Shown here one piece after another: positions 38,269 through 47,780 of a DNA stretch of 64,000 nt. The stretch is from NCBI GenBank assembly GCA_964005815.1, contig CAXFSR010000043.1, positions 64,001-128,000 of the forward strand, in the 5' to 3' direction. Under the pieces are notes generated by a model that was not told where the DNA came from, did no database searches, and saw only the letters and a list, made by a program, of their open reading frames with translations. The translations under genes were made by a program, and so were the position numbers. Position 1 is the stretch's first letter, and every line of letters starts with the position of its first letter. This DNA is from an uncultured Nitrospinaceae bacterium. Lineage in GTDB: Bacteria; UBA8248.

Positions 38269-39345
38269 TTATTGTCTCAAACAAACACAATATTGTGGTG
38301 GAAATTCCATAGAAATTTCATCGCCGATTGAAACCGCACTATCAAAAGTAGTTTCAACAGAGATTTCTTTATCATTTATGCCAACCGTATAACGACTATA
38401 TTTTCCATAGTATTGTTTTTTCAAAACTTTCACATTAAAAGAGTTCACTGCTCCTGTTGATATATTATTGTGAAATTTCACCCATTCAGGACGAATACAA
38501 AAAGTACCTTCTTTACCTTTAATATTTACTAATTGTTGTTGAACAGTAATAGGGCCAAGATCTGTTTTCATAACAACAGAATTATCAGTAGATTCTTCAA
38601 TCACATCTCCAGAGAAAATATTAGAAGTACCAATAAAACTTGCAGCAAATGTATTAACAGGTCTTTCATAAAGATCTTCAGGGGTTCCTTCCTGTACTTT
38701 TAATCCATGATCCATGAGTACTATTCTATCTCCTAAAACCATAGCTTCTTCTTGATCGTGAGTTACATATATAAAAGTAATCCCTATCCTGTTATGGAGA
38801 TCTGACAGTTCTTCTCTCATCTCTACTCTCAAATTTGCATCCAAATTAGAGAGAGGTTCATCTAAAAGAAGAAGGGATGGATCAACAACAAAAGCTCTTG
38901 CTAGTGCCACACGCTGCTGCTGTCCACCCGACAGTTCAGTCGAATATCTATGTTCCAAGCCATCAAGTTGCACCATTGAAAGTGCGTTATGCACCCTCTC
39001 CGACAACTCACTTTTTGGCACTTTTCGAACTTCCAATCCATATGCCACATTCTGAAAAACTGTCTTATGTGGCCAAATAGCATAAGACTGGAAAACCATA
39101 GACATTTCTCGTTTGTCTGGAGGAAGAATTTCGTGATTATCAGAAACAATCTTGTCTCCCAAACGAATCTGCCCCTGATCAGGCTTTAAAAATCCTGCAA
39201 TAGTCTTAAGTAAAGTAGTTTTTCCACATCCACTAGGACCTAAAAGAACTACAGCCTCTCCATTTTTGATTTTTAGAGAGAAATTATTTAATGCTACTGT
39301 CTCTTCAAATTCCTTAGTCACGTTGTCAATAAATAGATCAGGCAA
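38269..39345 (-). CDS. ABC transporter ATP-binding protein (PotA/FbpC-like, TOBE domain)
   Basis: GPSGCGKT, MVFQSYA.WPH, LSGGQQQRVALAR, LLLDEPLSNLDA, YVTHDQEEA. Confidence 0.93.
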   Translation of the reverse strand: MPDLFIDNVTKEFEETVALNNFSLKIKNGEAVVLLGPSGCGKTTLLKTIAGFLKPDQGQIRLGDKIVSDNHEILPPDKREMSMVFQSYAIWPHKTVFQNVAYGLEVRKVPKSELSERVHNALSMVQLDGLEHRYSTELSGGQQQRVALARAFVVDPSLLLLDEPLSNLDANLRVEMREELSDLHNRIGITFIYVTHDQEEAMVLGDRIVLMDHGLKVQEGTPEDLYERPVNTFAASFIGTSNIFSGDVIEESTDNSVVMKTDLGPITVQQQLVNIKGKEGTFCIRPEWVKFHNNISTGAVNSFNVKVLKKQYYGKYSRYTVGINDKEISVETTFDSAVSIGDEISMEFPPQYCVCLRQ

Positions 39346-39353
39346 TTGTCACC

Positions 39354-41063
39354 TCACATTTCGAATGCACCCTTTCCAACTAATTTTTTGGAAAGAGCAA
39401 CAAGAGTCAAATTAATACACATCACTATAAAAGTAAGAGCGCCTAATGTTCCCATTTCAGCCTCTTCTACAAACTCGAAGATCAAAATTGAAATAACTTC
39501 CAAACCGCCAGTATAGAGCATTATTGAAGTTGCCATATCACGAAATTTCATACAGAAAATGATAGTCCCTACAGAAAAAAGACCCTTCTTCATAAGCGGC
39601 AATGTAATATCTTTCATTGTCTTCAACCAACCAGCACCTAAAACACGCGAAGAATGCTCTAACTCTTCATGAATCTGCTTTAGAGAAGATCTGGCAAACA
39701 TAAAAGCAATTGGTGTACCTTTCACGAAATATCCAACTAGGAACAACCATAATGTTCCGTATAGGAAAAAAGGCTTGCCCGCAAAAGCAATAACTAACGC
39801 TACTCCTAGAGCAACACCCGGGAAAGACATTCCGATCATAGAGAGCAAAGAAAGAAACTCTCTTCCAGGAACTGTAGTTCTCTCAATTATCCAAGCCATA
39901 ACGAAAGTAAATGCAATACATACAAATGCAGCGCCAATGGCTAATATAAAACTGTTCAAGAAAGCTCTAACTACAATGTCTCTGTTAGATGTGAATAGAT
40001 CAAGATAATTATCTAACGTAAGATTGTCAAAAGTAGGAAAATTGCCCCATACTTTTACGATAGATGCCTGAAATAGAGCTAGAGTAGGCATTCCGATACT
40101 TACAAAAACCACAATTAAAGAAAAAGCAGATAAAACATATTTCCATTTCCCTATTTCAATTAATTCTGGCTGCGGGGATTTTCCAGTAACAGTAATAAAC
40201 TGTCTTTTTCCTAAATATGAACGTTGAAAAATTAATAATATAGCAGTGACAATTACTATCGGTGTTGCAGCGGTTGCAGCCATATGAAATTGTGGAGGAT
40301 CGTCAGAAAATAGATTGTATACCTGAGTAGAAAGAGTATGTATATAAGCAGGATTCCCAACTATTGCCGGAGCTCCAAACACGACAAAGCTTTCTAAGAT
40401 AACCAGAATCAAACCAGACAAGATAGCTGGAGTTACAATAGGAAGAGTAACTGTAAGTATAACTCTTAAAGTGCTCGAACCTAAAATTTTTGCAGATTGT
40501 TCGTAATTAGGATCCATATTATCTAAAGCTGAAACAACAGAAAAAAACATGAAAGGATATACAAACAAGCCCATCACAAAAGCCATACCTCCAAAACTGA
40601 AAATATTAAACAAAGGTTCTTCAAGACCAAATAATCCCATTGTGATTTGGTTCACAATTCCAGCACGTGGACCTAACAAGACTATCCAACCTATTGCACC
40701 TAAAAAACTGGGAGTGGCAAATGTGAGAACAACCATAGAACGACATGTTTGCCTAAACGGCATATCCGTTCTAGAAACGCCCCAAGCCATTGGCAAAGCA
40801 ACAAGAAGTGAGAAAATAGAAGTTGCAAAGGCAAGTTTTAAGGTGTTCCAAAATGCAGAATATAATTCCGGATCAGTATAAAATGTAAAATAATTCTGTA
40901 AAGTCCATGCATTAGCAGTGTAATCATATAAACTTCTCTTAAAGAGTATCCCTAGTGGGTACAGAACAAAGAAACCAAGAATTACTGCAGCGGAAACAAA
41001 AATCAGGGTCCTGATTTTTTCGTGTTTTAAGTTTTTCATTGACTTGATAAAATCTGACCGCAC
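39354..41063 (-). CDS. ABC transporter permease, fused two-domain (FbpB/ThiP-like)
   Basis: 569 aa with two EAA-like loops (YEQSAKILG, LEHSSRVLG) and TLP motifs; GTG start. Confidence 0.9.
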   Translation of the reverse strand: MRSDFIKSMKNLKHEKIRTLIFVSAAVILGFFVLYPLGILFKRSLYDYTANAWTLQNYFTFYTDPELYSAFWNTLKLAFATSIFSLLVALPMAWGVSRTDMPFRQTCRSMVVLTFATPSFLGAIGWIVLLGPRAGIVNQITMGLFGLEEPLFNIFSFGGMAFVMGLFVYPFMFFSVVSALDNMDPNYEQSAKILGSSTLRVILTVTLPIVTPAILSGLILVILESFVVFGAPAIVGNPAYIHTLSTQVYNLFSDDPPQFHMAATAATPIVIVTAILLIFQRSYLGKRQFITVTGKSPQPELIEIGKWKYVLSAFSLIVVFVSIGMPTLALFQASIVKVWGNFPTFDNLTLDNYLDLFTSNRDIVVRAFLNSFILAIGAAFVCIAFTFVMAWIIERTTVPGREFLSLLSMIGMSFPGVALGVALVIAFAGKPFFLYGTLWLFLVGYFVKGTPIAFMFARSSLKQIHEELEHSSRVLGAGWLKTMKDITLPLMKKGLFSVGTIIFCMKFRDMATSIMLYTGGLEVISILIFEFVEEAEMGTLGALTFIVMCINLTLVALSKKLVGKGAFEM

Positions 41064-41297
41064 GACACCTTATCCTGACACTTTTTTTAGGAACGTTCTT
41101 TTTTAAAAAAAAATGCATGCAATTAATTGTATTGAAAATATGACCTGATTGTAATATCTTCAATTTTTGAAAACAACGATACATTTTATTTTTTATGACA
41201 ACTAGCAAAACATTCGTTAATTAGATATGTTTTTTGTTCTCAAAATATATATTCATCACAAAACTGACAACACATATCAAGGTTCAATGGAGTGCAT

Positions 41298-42062
41298 ATG
41301 ACCGAAAAAAAATTAGAAAGTAAAAAAGCAATTGTAACTGGGTCATCTTCTGGTATGGGGGCAGAGATCGCTGCTCGATTTGCAGCCGAAGGTGCTGATG
41401 TTTGGGCAGTTGGAGGAGGAAATCAAGAAGCATTAAATGAAACAATAAATCGATGCACTGCATCAGGAGTTCGTTCAGACGGGAAAGGTTATGATTTCTC
41501 TAAGTCGGAACAGGGCGGTATTGCAGTCAAGGACGGTGTAAAATTTCTTGGAGGTTTGGACATTCTTGTTAATTGTGCAGGAACGAGAAATTTCAAGCCT
41601 ATTCTTGAAGTAACCGATGAAGAAATTCACACTATGTTTGAAGTGAACACAAAGTCTTTCTATTTTAGTTCAAGGGAAGCTGTAAAGACAATGTCACAAC
41701 AAAAGAGTGGAGATATTCTCATGATGGGTTCCATCTCTGGACATCGAGCAAGACCAGAAAGAACCTTATACTGTGGCACAAAAGCTGCTGTTGAACTTTT
41801 AACACAATCTTTAGCAATGGAATTAGGACCTCTAGGAATACGTGTGAATTGTTTAGCACCCGGACTTGTTTCAAGTGGTCGAGTAAAAACAAAGATTCAA
41901 GAAGAGAAAGATTATGCTGACAGAAGAATTAAAGGGATCCCTCTTGGACGATTCGGCGATCCTGTGAATATTGCAGCTACCGCTGTGTTTTTAGTTTCTC
42001 CAGAAAATGAATTCATGAGTGGATCAATCGTTTCAGTAGACGGCGCATCAATGACTGGATAA
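41298..42062 (+). CDS. Classical SDR oxidoreductase
   Basis: TGSSSGMG, LDILVNCAG, YCGTK (YxxxK), IRVN..APG, PLGR.G; ATG 41298 after GGAG. Confidence 0.92.
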   Translation: MTEKKLESKKAIVTGSSSGMGAEIAARFAAEGADVWAVGGGNQEALNETINRCTASGVRSDGKGYDFSKSEQGGIAVKDGVKFLGGLDILVNCAGTRNFKPILEVTDEEIHTMFEVNTKSFYFSSREAVKTMSQQKSGDILMMGSISGHRARPERTLYCGTKAAVELLTQSLAMELGPLGIRVNCLAPGLVSSGRVKTKIQEEKDYADRRIKGIPLGRFGDPVNIAATAVFLVSPENEFMSGSIVSVDGASMTG

Positions 42063-42098
42063 TTTAAAAAATATTTTTATTTCTTATGGGGCTAGATT

Positions 42099-43841
42099 AT
42101 GGAAAACTACAAAAGTGAGATTCAAGACGGAATGCAAATAGATTGGGATGTTCCAATCGAAATGGACGATGGAGTTGTCTTACGATGCGATGTATATCGT
42201 CCCGTTGGAGAAGGAAAATATCCTGTTGTAATGAGTTATGGCCCCTATGCTAAATGGCTTCACTTAAAAGATGGCTATCCAAATCAATGGAAAGTTTTAA
42301 CCGAAAAGTTCCCTGAATCTTTAGCTGGTTCTTCCTGCAAATATATGAATTGGGAACTAGTGGACCCAGAAAGATGGGTTCCCGATGGATACGCAATAGT
42401 TCGAGTTGATTCTAGAGGAGCTGGACGATCACCAGGCTATATGGAGGTTTGGTCACCAAGAGAAACTAAAGATTTTCATGATTGTATAGAGTGGGCAGGA
42501 ACGCAGGACTGGAGCAACGGAAAAGTTGGATTAAATGGAATAAGTTATTTTGGAATGAATCAATGGTTTGTGGCTTCTACACAACCATCACACCTAGCCG
42601 CTATATGCGTTTGGGAAGGTGCGGCGGATCTTTATCGTGATTTAAGTCACCACGGCGGCATACTCTGTCTCTTCGCAAATACTTGGTATACAGACACGGT
42701 TATGCTGAGACAGCATGGAAAAGGAAATCGAGACTGGAGAAGCAGGATTAACGGTGAATGGGTTTCTGGTCCTGATACTCTTCCAGAAGAGACATTAGCT
42801 GGTAATCGAACAAATTTTGGTCAAGATTTATTAGATCACCCTTTGATCGACGATTATTGGAAAGAACGTATGCCAGATTATTCTAAAATCAATGTTCCTC
42901 TTTTATCCGCAGGAAATTGGGGTGGAGTTGGACTCCATCCTAGAGGCAACTTTGAAGGATATCTTGAGTCTGCATCTGATCAAAAATGGCTTGAAGTTCA
43001 TGGGTTAGATCATTTCACTCACTTCTATACCGATTACGGAGTAAACTTACAGAAAAAATTCTTTGGACATTTCCTTAAAGAAGAAAAAACAGGATGGAAT
43101 GAGCAACCAAAGGTTTCTCTTCACATTAGACATCCTGGCGAAAAATTTATTATTAGATCAGAAAACGAATGGCCCTTAGAAAGAACAGAATGGACTAAAT
43201 ATTACTTAAAAAGTTCAAATACCACACTTTCAGTAGGACAAGCAGAAGAGGAATCTGAGCTAGAATATGAAGCTTTAGGAGATGGCCTGACGTTCATGAC
43301 AGATGTACTTCAAGAGGATACTGAAATTACAGGACCCGTAGCAAGCAAATTATTTATATCTTCAGAGACAGAGGATGCAGATCTTTTTCTTATCCTAAGA
43401 ATCTTTACAGCGGATATGAAAGAAATTACTTTTCAAGGTTCAAATGATCCTAACACTCCAGTTGGTATGGGTTGGTTAAGAGCATCTCACAGAAAATTAG
43501 ATACTGAGAAAAGCGAGATCTATCGTCCTTACCACACTCACGATGAAAAACAGTTACTCACTCCAGGAGACATCTACGAACTGGATATAGAAATATGGCC
43601 AACTTCTATTGTAGTTCCAAAAGGACACAGAGTAGGCTTAAGTGTAAGAGGAAGAGACTATGTACACCCTGGTTTTGAGCAACCAGAAATGCCTGTCTCT
43701 GGAAGAATTTACTCTGGAGTAGGACCATTCAAACATGACAATAAAGTGGATAGACCGGCCGAGATATTCGGGAAAAAAGTAAAGATTCATACTGGTCCGA
43801 ATCACCCTTCGTACATTTTACTACCGATCATTCCAAACTAA
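42099..43841 (+). CDS. CocE/NonD family serine hydrolase (paralog 2)
   Basis: Same motifs as 19717-21474: GISY, GLHPRGNFEGY, GWLRASHRKLD. Confidence 0.92.
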   Translation: MENYKSEIQDGMQIDWDVPIEMDDGVVLRCDVYRPVGEGKYPVVMSYGPYAKWLHLKDGYPNQWKVLTEKFPESLAGSSCKYMNWELVDPERWVPDGYAIVRVDSRGAGRSPGYMEVWSPRETKDFHDCIEWAGTQDWSNGKVGLNGISYFGMNQWFVASTQPSHLAAICVWEGAADLYRDLSHHGGILCLFANTWYTDTVMLRQHGKGNRDWRSRINGEWVSGPDTLPEETLAGNRTNFGQDLLDHPLIDDYWKERMPDYSKINVPLLSAGNWGGVGLHPRGNFEGYLESASDQKWLEVHGLDHFTHFYTDYGVNLQKKFFGHFLKEEKTGWNEQPKVSLHIRHPGEKFIIRSENEWPLERTEWTKYYLKSSNTTLSVGQAEEESELEYEALGDGLTFMTDVLQEDTEITGPVASKLFISSETEDADLFLILRIFTADMKEITFQGSNDPNTPVGMGWLRASHRKLDTEKSEIYRPYHTHDEKQLLTPGDIYELDIEIWPTSIVVPKGHRVGLSVRGRDYVHPGFEQPEMPVSGRIYSGVGPFKHDNKVDRPAEIFGKKVKIHTGPNHPSYILLPIIPN

Positions 43842-43882
43842 AAAAATCCGATGTCGAGATTCAACAAGATCTCGACATCGGA
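43840..43882 (-). terminator. Intrinsic terminator between convergent CocE and M20 genes
   Basis: TCCGATGTCGAGAT-tcaacaag-ATCTCGACATCGGA 14-bp stem (43847-43882) with a U7 tail on the minus strand. Confidence 0.85.
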
Positions 43883-43884
43883 AA

Positions 43885-45171
43885 CTACAACACAAAATCT
43901 TCTCTTTCCTTAGAACATACATTCAAAATAAGACTCACATATACTCGAGTACAATCATACAAATCTTGGATGCTCACGTGTTCTCCCGCATTAGGGTCCC
44001 ATCTACTATCAGAAGTTGTTCGAAGTCTCCCAGCAGGTCCATAGTTCACTGTAGGGACGCCAAAACGGTTTAAATATGTTGCATCTGAAATGTAAGCTTC
44101 AGATATTACTTCAGGCTTCTCTCCAAAAACATCCTCGTGAGACTTCATGACTACTTTGGAAACTGGAGATTCCACATCAATCTCTGTCCCAGGAACTGTC
44201 ATAATTGTTTCAAGATGAGGATTTATTCCATCAACATCTTTAGACACCTGCTCTAAAACTTCTGCTATCTCTGATTTCACTTCCATCATACTTACATTAG
44301 GTGGAACTCTAGTATCTATATATAAAGTACAAAAAACTGGGGTTCTGCTACACCTGTATGGCCAACCACCTTCTATAGCAGAAAGATTTAAATTTGCTGG
44401 ATACCCTTTATATTTTCTACGTTCACGATAATCCTTACCCCAACTTTCAAGTGCCGTAATAATTTTTGTCATTTGAGAAATCGTATTCGGATAATCATGA
44501 CTATAACTTGTGTGAGAAGGAGGTCCAGTCAAAGTGATTTTTGACCACATATACCCTAAATGTCCGGGTAAGAGGGATAATCCCGTAGGTTCTCCAATTA
44601 CAGCAACATCTGCAATACCACCATGAGTAACATAATAACTTGTCCCAAAACCACCACCGCGAAAAGAAGATCCTTGATATTTATCAACTGGTCCTCTCTC
44701 AATTTCACCAACAACTGCTGCAAACTTCACATCTCCCCGTAGTTCAACTTCAGATTTTTTTACTGCTTCCATAGCAGCGATATAACATGCCAAGGCTCCC
44801 TTCATATTATAAATTCCTAGACCATAAATCCAGCCATCTTCTTCATAGGCTTTTGGCTGAAATGCCTTTACTTTAGGCAAAAATTGTTCTTTCCCAGAAT
44901 AAGAAGTATCCATATGACCATTAAATAATAATGAAGCACCCTTACCCTTTCCTCTTAGTGTAGCTATACAATTTGAACGTCTAGGTTCAACTTCTTGCAA
45001 AAAAGGATCAAATCCAATTTTGTCAAGATAATCATTTAAATAAAGAGAGCATTCCTCTTCTTCTCCTGTAGCACTTGGAATATTAACGAGATCCTTAGCT
45101 AGGGAAACCATTTTCTCTTTGTCAATAAAACTCCAAACTTTACTATGAGATTCTGAAGTTCCATAGTCCAT
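43885..45171 (-). CDS. M20 family (ArgE/DapE-like) hydrolase with altered metal site
   Basis: LV.IPS.TG.E, FNGHMDT, YG.G..NMKG, GEPT, SDA, YGP. Confidence 0.85.
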   Translation of the reverse strand: MDYGTSESHSKVWSFIDKEKMVSLAKDLVNIPSATGEEEECSLYLNDYLDKIGFDPFLQEVEPRRSNCIATLRGKGKGASLLFNGHMDTSYSGKEQFLPKVKAFQPKAYEEDGWIYGLGIYNMKGALACYIAAMEAVKKSEVELRGDVKFAAVVGEIERGPVDKYQGSSFRGGGFGTSYYVTHGGIADVAVIGEPTGLSLLPGHLGYMWSKITLTGPPSHTSYSHDYPNTISQMTKIITALESWGKDYRERRKYKGYPANLNLSAIEGGWPYRCSRTPVFCTLYIDTRVPPNVSMMEVKSEIAEVLEQVSKDVDGINPHLETIMTVPGTEIDVESPVSKVVMKSHEDVFGEKPEVISEAYISDATYLNRFGVPTVNYGPAGRLRTTSDSRWDPNAGEHVSIQDLYDCTRVYVSLILNVCSKEREDFVL

Positions 45172-45187
45172 TTATTTCCTCCCTTTT

Positions 45188-45949
45188 TTATGAAGAACTA
45201 GAAAAGAATTTTTCTCCCAAATACACTTTTTGAACAAGTTCATTTTCCTTTATCTCTGCAGGCAATCCATCAGCTATAACTCTACCTTCATGAAGCACAA
45301 TAACTCTATCCGCAATCGAAAATGTAAATTTCATATCATGTTCAATTAACAAAATTGTATCTTTTTGATTTTTCATCTCCAGAAGAAATTTTGCAAATCT
45401 ATTTCTGACTTTTGGATTTACACCTGCTACGGGTTCATCAAGAAGAACGAGACTATGCGGATTAAGAAAAGTTCTAGTGATTTCCACTAACCTTTGTTGA
45501 CCATAACTCAAATCAGACGCGAATTTCTCTTTTAAATCTTCTATTTTCAGTAATGTTAAAATTTTATCAATTTTTTCTTCCTCTTCAAGCAATATTTTGT
45601 TGGGCAAAAATAAATTCTTGAAGAATTGTGTATCTGTACTATGTAAAGAAATTAATAAATTATCTTCTACAGATAAATTTTCAAATAATCTTGATTTTTG
45701 AAATAATCTTGAAATACCTAGTTTGGAAATATCCTCAGGTTTTCTATTTGTAATATTATCAGAATTGAAAAATACTTTTCCAGAATCAAGATTAACTAAA
45801 CCTGATATAATATTGAATATGCTTGTTTTACCAGATCCATTTGGTCCAAGAAGTGCAGTGATTTGACCCTCTTCAATATCGAATGAACAATTATTTACTG
45901 CATTAACTCCACCAAATTTTTTCATTAAACCTTTTATTTCTAAAATCAT
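45188..45949 (-). CDS. livG: HAAT-family ABC ATP-binding protein (LivG-like)
   Basis: FGG..AV, GPNGSGKT, LSYGQQRLVEI, LLDEP.AG, IEHDM, VYLG. Confidence 0.85.
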   Translation of the reverse strand: MILEIKGLMKKFGGVNAVNNCSFDIEEGQITALLGPNGSGKTSIFNIISGLVNLDSGKVFFNSDNITNRKPEDISKLGISRLFQKSRLFENLSVEDNLLISLHSTDTQFFKNLFLPNKILLEEEEKIDKILTLLKIEDLKEKFASDLSYGQQRLVEITRTFLNPHSLVLLDEPVAGVNPKVRNRFAKFLLEMKNQKDTILLIEHDMKFTFSIADRVIVLHEGRVIADGLPAEIKENELVQKVYLGEKFFSSSS

Positions 45950-46815
45950 TTCAGACCAAACCTTCCATAGAAACCTTTAGGACGATAAATCAAAATAAGT
46001 ATTAGAAGAACTGCATAAAGTATCTGTCTTGCAGGACCTATAACATCAGACGAAAAACCGATAAATCTGAGTGGCTCCGGAAGCAACACTAAAATAACGG
46101 TTGAAATTAGAGTTCCTTTTAATGAACCAAGACCACCAATGATCACTATACAAAGGACAGGAATCAATTCCATTACAGTAAAAGAATCAGGGTCTATGTA
46201 ATTAATATAATGGGAGTAAAGACCACCTGCAAGACCTGCAAAAAAAGCAGAAACACTCAAAACAATCCTTTTTACCTTGTTGGTGTTTTTCCCCAAAACT
46301 TTTGCAGCTAGTTCATCATCTCTAACAGATTGCACAACCCTTCCAAAAGAAGAACGAACAATCAAAGAGAGAGACATATAACAGAAAATTAAGAAAATTA
46401 TACTGAGAAACAGAAAATGGACATTTTGATTAAAAACAAATCCCAAAATAACCGGCCTCGGGATTCCGGTTAGCCCCATTGGACCCTTTGTTAAAGATAT
46501 CCAATTTAAAGAAATTTCATAAACAACGAACGAAAAACCCATTGTAGCAACAGCAAAATAATCGCCTTTGAGTTTACTAGTCGGGAAAGAAAGACAACAA
46601 GCAAAAAATGAAGACACAAAACCTGCGACTAAAATAGAACTCAGAAAATCGATTCCTTGCAACGACAACAAAGATGATGAATATCCACCTATGGCATAGA
46701 ATGCAATGTGCCCTAAATTTAGCAAACCAGCAAAACCTATCGACAATTGAAGAGACAAGGTTAATATAGAATAGATTGCGATTAAAACAGCAAAATGAAT
46801 AAGATATCCTTCCAT
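45946..46815 (-). CDS. livM: HAAT-family ABC permease (LivM-like)
   Basis: G.LNLGH.AF..IG.Y, LKGDYFA..T, LT.G..G..GIP, RDDE.AA..LG, IIGG.GS. Confidence 0.88.
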   Translation of the reverse strand: MEGYLIHFAVLIAIYSILTLSLQLSIGFAGLLNLGHIAFYAIGGYSSSLLSLQGIDFLSSILVAGFVSSFFACCLSFPTSKLKGDYFAVATMGFSFVVYEISLNWISLTKGPMGLTGIPRPVILGFVFNQNVHFLFLSIIFLIFCYMSLSLIVRSSFGRVVQSVRDDELAAKVLGKNTNKVKRIVLSVSAFFAGLAGGLYSHYINYIDPDSFTVMELIPVLCIVIIGGLGSLKGTLISTVILVLLPEPLRFIGFSSDVIGPARQILYAVLLILILIYRPKGFYGRFGLK

Positions 46816-47691
46816 TTACTCGTCTAATCCTTTCTTGAGACCAAGAATTCCTCGTGGCCTAAAAATAAGAAAAACAAGCAAAATGCCAAAACCTATCGCG
46901 TCCTTATAACCTGAATCAATGAACCAGATTCCATAATTCTCAGAAAAACCTAACACCAATGAGCCCAGTATTGCACCTGGAACGGAACCTATTCCTCCAA
47001 TAATTGCAGCAGCAAAACTTTTCACCATAATTTCTGCTCCAATCATTGGCCTTAAGTTTTGCTCTAGAGATATAAATACAGCCGCAAAACCAGCGATTAA
47101 CGAACCTACAACAAAACTCCATAAATAAATTTTTTCTGGTGAAATACCTACAATTTGCGCAACTTCTGGGTTATCGGAAACTGCCCTCATTGCTTTCCCT
47201 AATTTTGTTTTTTTCATAAAAATAAAGAACAAAAAAAACAGAACTATTGATGACAACACAATAAATATTTGCAAGGGAGTGATAACAGCGCCTAAGAACT
47301 GAAATCCTTTTTCAATTTTCAAAAACTCTATAACTTTAACGTCTGCTCCAAACAGAATTAAAATAACTGATTCAAACATTATAAGAAGAGCAAAACTAGC
47401 AATTAACAATATGACATTATTGGCACCTCGAATTCGAAGTTGTTTATATATTAAATTGTTCATGGATATGCCAACAAATACAGAAAACACTAACGTAAAA
47501 AACGAGGAAATCCAAAAAGATAGCCCAACCACTTCAAACAAGAAAAAAAGAAAATACATCGACAAGAGCAAAGTAGAACCATGCGCGAAATGAACAAATC
47601 GAGAAGTTGAGTATATAAGGGAAAATCCTGACGCAACCAAGGCGTATATTGAACCTGCGATAAGTGCGTTTACAAATAGTTGAGAAGCCGT
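46816..47691 (-). CDS. livH: HAAT-family ABC permease (LivH-like); start uncertain (ACG at 47691 proposed)
   Basis: Frame continues upstream of the track start as ASQLFVNALIAGSIYALVASG; FAHG, GKAMRA, IIGGIGS..GA. Confidence 0.82.
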   Translation of the reverse strand, partial: TASQLFVNALIAGSIYALVASGFSLIYSTSRFVHFAHGSTLLLSMYFLFFLFEVVGLSFWISSFFTLVFSVFVGISMNNLIYKQLRIRGANNVILLIASFALLIMFESVILILFGADVKVIEFLKIEKGFQFLGAVITPLQIFIVLSSIVLFFLFFIFMKKTKLGKAMRAVSDNPEVAQIVGISPEKIYLWSFVVGSLIAGFAAVFISLEQNLRPMIGAEIMVKSFAAAIIGGIGSVPGAILGSLVLGFSENYGIWFIDSGYKDAIGFGILLVFLIFRPRGILGLKKGLDE

Positions 47692-47780
47692 CTTATCAGA
47701 CCCTATATAAAATTAAAAAGCCGACAACGATGAAGCAGAAATTGCTTGTCCATATTTTTCAATCCGAACTTCAAGAGGAA

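Noticed and set aside
47703..47753. Short ORF MDKQFLLHRCRLFNFI between the binding-protein gene and livH
   Set aside because: No clear RBS or recognisable features, and it is out of frame with livH
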